A DNA stretch of 64,000 nt from a virus (Duplodnaviria; Heunggongvirae; Uroviricota; Caudoviricetes), in the IMG/VR virus record IMGVR_UViG_3300044728_000133; one strand, written 5' to 3'. Positions 57,694-64,000 of the stretch are shown here, piece by piece (position 1 is the stretch's first letter; each line of letters starts with the position of its first letter). Position numbers and translations under genes: made by a program. The notes below the pieces were generated by a model. The model did no database searches, was not told the origin of the DNA, and saw only the letters and a program-made list of their open reading frames with translations.

Positions 57694-58422
57694 ATGAAGC
57701 CGCGCCTGCTCGACCTCTTTTGCGGCGCTGGCGGCGCTGCCATGGGCTACCACCGCGCAGGCTTCGAGGTCGTGGGCGTGGACATCAAGCCGCAGCCGAG
57801 GTATCCGTTCGAGTTTGTTCAGGCTGACGCGATCAACGGTCTTGGGGCGATGGTCGAAGGTTGGCGACTCGCTGCTAGCGAGTGGCGACTCGAGGACTTC
57901 GACGCGATCCACGCGAGCCCGCCGTGTCAACGCTGGTCGACGGCCACCAAGCGCAACGGGACGCAGGGCGAGCATCCCGACCTGATTGCACAGACGCGAG
58001 AGTTGCTAAAGGAGACGGGGCTGCCGTATGTCATCGAGAACGTGGTTGGAGCTCCGCTGGATCACCCGATGATGCTGTGCGGCTCGAAGTTCAACCTGAG
58101 CGCTGACGGCTACCGGCTGAAGCGCCATCGCCTCTTTGAGCTGAGTTGGGACAGATACCTCTTCCAGTACGTAAGAGACGGATGCCGCTGCTCTCGAGAC
58201 TCTAGGCCGGTCATGGACGTCACGGGTGGCGGCCCCACCCGTAAAGCACGCACAGACGGAGGCGGAGGCCGACCCTACAAGGGCACGGCAGACCAGGCCC
58301 GCCGCATCATGGGCATCGACTGGATGACAAAGGCCGAGCTGAACGAGGCCGTCCCGCCGGCGTACACCGAATTCGTGGGTACTCAATTGCTCGCGCACCT
58401 GACGGCGACGGTCGCAGCGTGA
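57694..58422 (+). CDS. DNA (cytosine-5)-methyltransferase (compact)
   Basis: start MKPRLLDLFCGAGG; motif IV ASPPCQ, ENV YVIENVVG; ORF-track upstream extension begins with GTG. Confidence 0.75.
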   Translation: MKPRLLDLFCGAGGAAMGYHRAGFEVVGVDIKPQPRYPFEFVQADAINGLGAMVEGWRLAASEWRLEDFDAIHASPPCQRWSTATKRNGTQGEHPDLIAQTRELLKETGLPYVIENVVGAPLDHPMMLCGSKFNLSADGYRLKRHRLFELSWDRYLFQYVRDGCRCSRDSRPVMDVTGGGPTRKARTDGGGGRPYKGTADQARRIMGIDWMTKAELNEAVPPAYTEFVGTQLLAHLTATVAA

Positions 58423-58456
58423 GCGAAGCCTCGAATACGCCTATCAGACTGCACTC

Positions 58457-58762
58457 ATGAGCAGCATCTTCACGAACGATCCACACATGGGGGTGTGCTC
58501 GAACTGCGGACACGCCCCCGAAGCACGTTGTTCGAAGTGTCTGCGCTCATTCTCCTGCGGAGACATGGGCGGGCGCTGCCCGGACCCCGAGTGCAACGAA
58601 GGGATCCTCAATCACTCCGTCGACGCTGAGTACGCGGAGTGGTTGACGGAGAGCTACAAGCAGTTTCCCGAGTGGAGACAAGCGGCCAAACACCTCGAGG
58701 ATCCCCGCCCAGACGCCGACTACCCACTACGAAGTGAGGTGCATCTCGATGGATCTTCCTGA
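58457..58762 (+). CDS. Cys-rich hypothetical protein
   Basis: 101 aa; CSNCGH...CSKC...CG...C..C. Confidence 0.5.
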   Translation: MSSIFTNDPHMGVCSNCGHAPEARCSKCLRSFSCGDMGGRCPDPECNEGILNHSVDAEYAEWLTESYKQFPEWRQAAKHLEDPRPDADYPLRSEVHLDGSS

Positions 58763-58973
58763 GTTCGAACTGAGGCGCGGTGAGATCTACGCCATCCTCC
58801 CCGACAACAGCACCGTGCACGTCGCTGGGAAGTATCTGGGTACGGTCGATATCTCTCCAGTAAGCGGAGGCCCGTGGTTCGCTTTCAACATGGCGAGCGA
58901 GGAAGACCCCCGGATCCGGTTCTTCAACCCTGCTCATATCCGGTCGCTCCTACCTGAGACCAAGCCCGAGTAG
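58749..58973 (+). CDS. hypothetical protein
   Basis: start MDLPEFELRRGE after gaggtg. Confidence 0.45.
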   Translation: MDLPEFELRRGEIYAILPDNSTVHVAGKYLGTVDISPVSGGPWFAFNMASEEDPRIRFFNPAHIRSLLPETKPE

Positions 58974-59003
58974 GCGTCCGAACACCATGGTAAATTTACC
59001 CCC

Positions 59004-59300
59004 GTGACCGAACAGATTCTCTCGGATGAGGCGCTGGCCGAGTGGAGCCAATCGATGCAGCTCGCCGACGAACTGGGGCTCCCCGCCGAGTGGCGGGTTT
59101 GCACTCATTGCGGCGAGCAGTCGTGGCGACTCGCTCCGCACATGTTCGATCCCTGCCCGTTCGTGGTCGAGATGGCGAACTCCGCCGGCTTGAAGTTCGA
59201 TGCCGAGCGCATGACCGCCATCCGAGCCGGAGCACACATGGAGGAGATGACCAGGATCTACCGCGCGCTTTCCGAAGAAGAAGACGAGCAGGATGGCTGA
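59004..59300 (+). CDS. hypothetical protein (CTHCG...C)
   Basis: 98 aa; GTG start. Confidence 0.45.
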   Translation: MTEQILSDEALAEWSQSMQLADELGLPAEWRVCTHCGEQSWRLAPHMFDPCPFVVEMANSAGLKFDAERMTAIRAGAHMEEMTRIYRALSEEEDEQDG

Positions 59301-59544
59301 CTTCACCGACCTCTGGAAGGGCACATCGTTCGGGAATCCCGACGACTACCCCGAGGTCGGCCGATACAGCGTCAGCCTGTTCGGGCCCTCTGAGTACCAG
59401 TACCGTCTCCTCCCGCCGCACATTGAGGAGGCGATCAAGGAGACGGAAGAGAACCTCTCCGCGATGCTCAACTCGATGGGCTACAAGGGCGTGCGGGTGG
59501 AGTTCAACAGAGAGCCATTGAAGCTGAGGCGAGATGCTTCCTGA
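59293..59544 (+). CDS. hypothetical protein
   Basis: 83 aa. Confidence 0.5.
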   Translation: MADFTDLWKGTSFGNPDDYPEVGRYSVSLFGPSEYQYRLLPPHIEEAIKETEENLSAMLNSMGYKGVRVEFNREPLKLRRDAS

Positions 59545-59866
59545 GTCGATGGCGCCACCGCTCGCAAACTACGACCAGTTCAAGACATTCATGGCCGATC
59601 GCGGAATCAGAGCGCATCGCGAATACGTGCCTGAGTGGGAAGACCCGGAGACTAAAGAGGTCTACGAGGGTCATTGGACGGTAGTCATCGGCAAGGAAAA
59701 ACCACTCCCCGACGGGAAGATCTACATGCAGTTCATCGACCTTGGTGAGCGCATGGTTCTGACCGACTGGCCGGAAGCGTGGTCGATGGAAGCGGACTTG
59801 CTGGAGATGGCGCTCAAGAGAGGCGTCGAGGAACACCTGAATGCCCAGACGAAGGAGGAGAAGTGA
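59534..59866 (+). CDS. hypothetical protein
   Basis: 110 aa. Confidence 0.5.
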   Translation: MLPESMAPPLANYDQFKTFMADRGIRAHREYVPEWEDPETKEVYEGHWTVVIGKEKPLPDGKIYMQFIDLGERMVLTDWPEAWSMEADLLEMALKRGVEEHLNAQTKEEK

Positions 59867-60387
59867 GCGACGAAAGAAAGAACCTGGAGACCGTCACCTA
59901 TGTGGGGACGGTCGCTTCCATGGAGGAGAAGAAGGGCGGCTGGTATCGGATCCACGTCGCCATTCCCGGCAAGCAGTGGCCGGTCAAGCCGGAGACCAAG
60001 CTCGAGAACCTGATCGCGAAAGCACGTGAGATCCGGGACTCAGGTGTGGTCGCCACCTGGACGATCGAGGAGTGGGACTCCGACAACATCAATCCGAACA
60101 CGTCGAAGCCCTACACCGAGCGGCGACTGGCCGCGGTGGAGGAGGGAGTCTCGGCGTCCGCTCCGTCTGAAGCCGCAGCCCCCCATCAGGCCGAGGCCCA
60201 TCATGACCCCATCCACTTCGCCGACAAGGACAGGGCGATCACGCGCATGGCCTGCCTGAAATCTGCAAGCGTGGTTTTCCAAGGTGCCTTTCTCAGGGAA
60301 GGGGACGTCGGTCTCGAGGTCATGAAGCTCGCACAGCGCTTTGAGAGCTGGATCTACCGAGACATCGATCCCGCCCCTTTTCAGTAG
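59863..60387 (+). CDS. hypothetical protein
   Basis: GTG start after AAGGAGG SD (GTGA overlap); VSDERKNLETVTYVGTV... Confidence 0.5.
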   Translation: MSDERKNLETVTYVGTVASMEEKKGGWYRIHVAIPGKQWPVKPETKLENLIAKAREIRDSGVVATWTIEEWDSDNINPNTSKPYTERRLAAVEEGVSASAPSEAAAPHQAEAHHDPIHFADKDRAITRMACLKSASVVFQGAFLREGDVGLEVMKLAQRFESWIYRDIDPAPFQ

Positions 60388-60410
60388 GCGGCGCAGACGC
60401 CGCAGCTACC

Positions 60411-60432
60411 GATTCTCCGGAAGCGGAGAATC
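60411..60432. repeat. 22-bp palindrome family copy (GATTCTCCGGAAGCGGAGAATC)
   Basis: perfect arms, in 147-bp intergenic region before HNH gene. Confidence 0.75.
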
Positions 60433-60534
60433 CCACTGAGCAAGATCCCGAGGAGTACCCCGCTGACTGGCGGGATGCATATGAACCCCCCATCCCCGTC
60501 GATGACATACCTTTTGACTGAGGGACGGTAGATC

Positions 60535-60903
60535 ATGGCCAAGCGCAAATGTGACTGCGGAGAATGCAAGAGGTGCAAGCACCGCGAGTATATGAACGCT
60601 TGGTACCGCCGTCCCGGTAACGCCGAGAGAGTGAGGGGATGGGCGTCTCGCTACCGAGGAGAGAACATCGAGCAAGTCAGGGGATACGACCGAGCAAGAG
60701 GATTCAGAGAAACGGACTCCATGAAGATCACAGCGCGCAGGGCGGTGAGACTCGCTATTGAACGCGGGGACATGAAGAGAGAACCCTGTGAGGTCTGCGA
60801 AGCAGAGCCAGCGGACGCTCACCACGACGACTACAACAAGCCGCTAGAGGTGCGCTGGCTGTGCGAGAAACATCACGGCAAAGAGCATCGACTGGTTGCG
60901 TAG
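60535..60903 (+). CDS. HNH endonuclease
   Basis: 122 aa; CEVCEAEPADAHHDDYNKPLEVRWLCEKHH; N-terminal CDCGECKRCKH. Confidence 0.65.
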   Translation: MAKRKCDCGECKRCKHREYMNAWYRRPGNAERVRGWASRYRGENIEQVRGYDRARGFRETDSMKITARRAVRLAIERGDMKREPCEVCEAEPADAHHDDYNKPLEVRWLCEKHHGKEHRLVA

Positions 60904-60912
60904 GGAGAAGAA

Positions 60913-61458
60913 ATGGACATCGCCAATGAGAAGCAGTCACTGATGCAGCGAGGCGTTGAGAAGCTCGCCACAGACATCGTCAACGAGAAGCTCAACCGAC
61001 TCATCAGTCAGTACGCCGACGAAGGAAATGAAGAACATGAGAAGCTCGTCCCATACATCGGTTGGTACTGGCGATGGGTCGACTTCGCTGGGGATGATCC
61101 CTACATCCCGATCGGGCACTGTGGTGAGTTCGTCGGATTCATGGAGAACAACAAGTGGGACTATCCCGAGCGCGGCCTGACACAAGAAGAAGTGGACCAG
61201 GTACGGGAGATCGTGTGCACAGCGTACGACCTGAGCGCAGAAGGCGGAGCCCTGTCAGACATCATCCAAAACACGAAAGACAAGCTCGCAGAACTGTGGC
61301 CGCTCATGCAGACGTTCGAGATCCAGAAGAGCGGCTACTGGATCTATGGACCGCAGGGACAGGTCGGCCATGCGGATACGCGCGAGACTGCCGACTTCAT
61401 GATCGTTTCCCTCCAGGAGGCAGCTCCTGGGCTTCGCTATTGGAAGGAGGAAGTGTGA
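60913..61458 (+). CDS. hypothetical protein (lower GC, A-rich codons)
   Basis: 181 aa. Confidence 0.55.
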   Translation: MDIANEKQSLMQRGVEKLATDIVNEKLNRLISQYADEGNEEHEKLVPYIGWYWRWVDFAGDDPYIPIGHCGEFVGFMENNKWDYPERGLTQEEVDQVREIVCTAYDLSAEGGALSDIIQNTKDKLAELWPLMQTFEIQKSGYWIYGPQGQVGHADTRETADFMIVSLQEAAPGLRYWKEEV

Positions 61459-61703
61459 TGGAAGGAATGTCAGCTCCAGACCTGAACGCAACTGAGGCAG
61501 CTCGCGCTGAGGCGCTGGAAGCCCGAGTACACGAAATCGTTCGAGAGGAGATTGCTTCCCTCGCCGGCCTCGCCCTACGGCGGCTGCAGGACGAGAACTT
61601 CACGCGCTCGATCCAAGGAAACATGGCCGCTATGAAGGCAAAGGAAGTAATCGGCCACTTCTGGGGTGAGGTGCTGTCTGAGTACGGGAGTGAAGAGGCA
61701 TGA
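61458..61703 (+). CDS. hypothetical protein
   Basis: internal ATG MEGMSAPDLNATEAARAEALE. Confidence 0.5.
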   Translation: MEGMSAPDLNATEAARAEALEARVHEIVREEIASLAGLALRRLQDENFTRSIQGNMAAMKAKEVIGHFWGEVLSEYGSEEA

Positions 61704-62068
61704 CCATCACCGAGAACGACACCGTCACCGAACGGATCGCGAAGATCCGCAAGACGTTCCTCGGGTACGAGGACCACGGCATCTTCACCGGGATTCTCGA
61801 TCTCGACTACGGAGGCTCGGGGCAGGGAGCAGGGACGCTTTGCCTGGACTACAACGATCGCGAACTCGGCCGTCACGTCGAGTCCACTCCCGGCAGCGTC
61901 CACCGCTGGATCATCGGCTGCCTGCGCGCCTGTGGTGTCGACCAGTGGGAGAAGGTCGCAGGGCGAACCGTCATTGCGATCTGCGAGGACGGTTGGGTCA
62001 TCGGGCTGAAACCACTGCCAACCGAACGCGGAAAGGTGTTCATGTTCTCTGAGGTCGGCGATGGGTAA
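61700..62068 (+). CDS. hypothetical protein
   Basis: 122 aa; ATGA overlap. Confidence 0.55.
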   Translation: MTITENDTVTERIAKIRKTFLGYEDHGIFTGILDLDYGGSGQGAGTLCLDYNDRELGRHVESTPGSVHRWIIGCLRACGVDQWEKVAGRTVIAICEDGWVIGLKPLPTERGKVFMFSEVGDG

Positions 62069-62202
62069 GGCCGCACGCAACCGCCACATCCGTCGACAGG
62101 CGTACATCCTCGACCCAGTAGGGACGAAGGTGCGCTCCATCGCTCGAGCTCTCTGGCGACACGGCCGCATGCCACTGCCGAAGAGGGAGGGTCAGTTGTG
62201 AG
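62065..62202 (+). CDS. small basic peptide (45 aa)
   Basis: hand translation MGKAARNRHIRRQAYILDPVGTKVRSIARALWRHGRMPLPKREGQL; ATGA overlap. Confidence 0.35.
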
Positions 62203-62383
62203 CACACCACCACTGTGTCCTCGCTGTGGCGAGAAGAACTTCCAAACGCAGTACGTGCCCGGAGCGGAGGAAGACGAGATCGAGCCGATCAAGGTATGTC
62301 AGTCCTGCGGCCTCTTCTTCGACGGTGAGCGCTGGTGGGCCGAGCTAGGGAACGAATGGACGATGGCGGAGTCGGGCGAGTGA
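62198..62383 (+). CDS. zinc-ribbon protein
   Basis: 61 aa; CPRCG...CQSCG; GTG start with GTGA overlap. Confidence 0.45.
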   Translation: MSTPPLCPRCGEKNFQTQYVPGAEEDEIEPIKVCQSCGLFFDGERWWAELGNEWTMAESGE

Positions 62384-62577
62384 TCCAGGTCGAGATCGTC
62401 AGGCGCCAGAAGAACAAGCCAGCGATCGCGGACTACGACGTCTATCTCTACATGCCCGAATCTCCCGACGGCGGGAGGATCATCCAGCACCACACCGTCG
62501 TCGAGCACTTCGAGAGAACCCGAGGAGCAAGTGAACTCCTGAGAGAAGCCGTCGAGGCACTCGGGAGGAAGTTGTGA
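62380..62577 (+). CDS. hypothetical protein
   Basis: GTG start with GTGA overlap inside ORF 62335..62577. Confidence 0.4.
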   Translation: MIQVEIVRRQKNKPAIADYDVYLYMPESPDGGRIIQHHTVVEHFERTRGASELLREAVEALGRKL

Positions 62578-62822
62578 CCCAGGAAGAGATCAATGCGGCC
62601 CTCAGCCGGATGGGACCCGAAGAGCGTGCGTTCCTGAAGGGGATCGTCCATTCAGATTCGCCGACCGCGGAGAACGAAGCCCGAACCTTCGTCGAGCTGT
62701 TTCACTACTTCCCCGAATCGGCTTTTGAGGAAGGGATACGCGTGGTCCAGGATCTACCTCCCTTCGTCCTTCCCTCGTTTGTGAGAGCAGAGGCGCAGAG
62801 AGCGTGGGAGGCGTGGGTATGA
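62574..62822 (+). CDS. hypothetical protein containing degenerate palindrome copy (HSDSPTAENE)
   Basis: 82 aa; GTG start with GTGA overlap. Confidence 0.45.
   Translation: MTQEEINAALSRMGPEERAFLKGIVHSDSPTAENEARTFVELFHYFPESAFEEGIRVVQDLPPFVLPSFVRAEAQRAWEAWV
62655..62675. repeat. degenerate copy of palindrome family (GATTCGCCGACCGCGGAGAAC)
   Basis: half-site-level similarity, in-frame DSPTAEN. Confidence 0.4.
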
Positions 62823-63160
62823 AAGAGGAAGGGGCCCCACATGAGTGAGACCCCTTCACAAACCGGCGCGAGTGCGCTACGGTGTTCGCATCGCCTACGA
62901 ACAAAGAGAATCCTAGCGCATCGGGCTGTCGGACATGGCAGTAAGAGCCATGCAATCGCGAGAGCGCGCCCGACTCACCCTCGGGGATATCACCGTCAGA
63001 TGGGATGGTCGCTCCCGTGGTGACGGCTCGGTAACTGGTTCGTGAAGGGAAGAACGAGCGACGACGGCTCGGGTCGGCAGACAAGAACCGGTCGGGACGG
63101 GAATCTGAAGACCCGGGGTGCGGAGCCTATGAGGCTCCGCCCACACACAGGAAGGAAGCA

Positions 63161-63397
63161 GTGACGGAAGCCTCAAGAACTGAAGTCAGAGACGGGAAGA
63201 TCTTCCGGGTCACGGTTCTCCCGGAGCAAGGACCACCCAGCGTGAGGTCCAAGAAGACGAAACTCGGACGTAACGCGAAGAGAAGGATCCGCAGGAGATC
63301 TGCCCGCATTCAGCCTTCGGCCAAGTTCCCCTTCGTTGCTGTCATCAACGGCCGGGAAGCCACCGTCTATGGGATCGGAGACATCCGTTATGAGTGA
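63161..63397 (+). CDS. basic hypothetical protein
   Basis: 78 aa; GTG start 4 nt after aggaaggaag. Confidence 0.45.
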   Translation: MTEASRTEVRDGKIFRVTVLPEQGPPSVRSKKTKLGRNAKRRIRRRSARIQPSAKFPFVAVINGREATVYGIGDIRYE

Positions 63398-63698
63398 ACT
63401 TGCGCTACCGCAGAAGACCGGCGCTGACGTCGTCGGAGCCGTGATGGATCTCTTCACCGAGAAGGGCATCCCGGTGAGCTCTCGGGCGAGAGGCATGATC
63501 GGGCGCCAGGCGAAAGAACTCCTGAGCGATGGCTTCGACTACGAGACACTCGTTATCAGCGCAGTCATGGCGTTGCGCCGTGGTGAGCCTCACCGTATGC
63601 ACTGGATCGCCTCCGACTTGGTGATGGCCAGAGCAGGTGAGAAGATGGACAGACGCGCCTACGAACGTGCCCTCCAAGACGAAATGGAGATCCGATGA
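63390..63698 (+). CDS. hypothetical protein
   Basis: internal ATG MSELALPQKTGADVV; 8-nt overlap with previous. Confidence 0.5.
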   Translation: MSELALPQKTGADVVGAVMDLFTEKGIPVSSRARGMIGRQAKELLSDGFDYETLVISAVMALRRGEPHRMHWIASDLVMARAGEKMDRRAYERALQDEMEIR

Positions 63699-64000
63699 GA
63701 AACGTCACCACAAGTCCGGGTGCAACCTTCGCCGGGTACACGACTCTCTACGCGCAGACGTGCTGCAACTGCGGCGTTCTGTTCGCCATCCCCGAGCTGA
63801 TGGACGATCAGCGACGTCGGGATCACCAAAACTTCTGGTGCCCGAACGGTCATTCGCAGCACTACACGGGCGAAACCGACGAGCAGAAACTGAGGAAGGT
63901 CAGAGACCAGCTCGCGCGCGAGCAGGCGTCTCACGATCAGACGCTGGCCAGCCTGAGCGCTACGAAGGGCGTCGTGACGAAGCAGCGCAAGAAGCTCGAG
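63695..64000 (+). CDS. 5' part of Cys-containing protein with coiled-coil (runs off window)
   Basis: hand translation MRNVTTSPGATFAGYTTLYAQTCCNCGVLF...; ATGA overlap; no stop before window end. Confidence 0.5.
   Translation, partial: MRNVTTSPGATFAGYTTLYAQTCCNCGVLFAIPELMDDQRRRDHQNFWCPNGHSQHYTGETDEQKLRKVRDQLAREQASHDQTLASLSATKGVVTKQRKKLE

Noticed and set aside
41243-62677. Possibility that the repeated 22-bp element is a CRISPR array
   Set aside because: Spacing between copies is irregular (100 bp to several kb), intervening sequences are protein-coding genes, and the repeat is a perfect palindrome with variable centre. This is not CRISPR architecture.
62841-63023. 60-aa ORF MSETPSQTGASALRCSHRLRTKRILAHRAVGHGSKSHAIARARPTHPRGYHRQMGWSLPW
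   Set aside because: Highly basic low-complexity product, no SD. The region is more likely noncoding (see finding).

Overview
High-GC (about 65%) tailed actinobacteriophage-like DNA. No integrase or lysis cassette is recognisable, so phage versus prophage is undecided. Two divergent arms meet at a 390-bp control region at 41150..41541. The leftward (minus-strand) arm 41149->1 encodes a ribbon-helix-helix regulator, small unknown genes, TerS/TerL, then a roughly 14-kb accessory island (20639..34023): seven or more predicted glycosyltransferases, a SAM methyltransferase, a PIG-L deacetylase, a macro-domain protein, an SPFH protein and many Cys-rich small proteins. Downstream of the island are portal, putative prohead protease, a scaffold-capsid fusion MCP, a 1005-aa collagen-like fiber, a Gly-rich minor tail protein, a LamG lectin-like protein and a beta-helix tailspike-like protein. 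No tape-measure or tail-tube gene is present in the window. The rightward (plus-strand) arm 41542->64000 is a dense array of about 60 small, translationally coupled early-type genes. It includes an ArdC-like antirestriction protein, two C5-cytosine DNA methyltransferases, four HNH, one LAGLIDADG and one GIY-YIG endonuclease, and HTH and zinc-finger proteins. The most striking sequence-level signal is a 22-bp perfect-palindrome family, GATTCTCCGG-N3/4-CGGAGAATC. It has 16 copies: 14 in the plus arm (one degenerate; five of them overlap gene 3' ends or lie inside a gene), one in the divergent control region and one inside the minus-strand island, usually placed 10-25 bp upstream of a Shine-Dalgarno and start codon. 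Coordinates I derived by hand-counting (motifs, hairpins) may be off by 1-2 nt; CDS coordinates follow the supplied ORF track, with internal starts chosen from SD sequences and ATGA/GTGA overlaps. Beyond the 22-bp palindrome family, the findings cover the glycosylation island, the macro-domain protein, the anti-restriction cluster, the homing-endonuclease load and several smaller anomalies.
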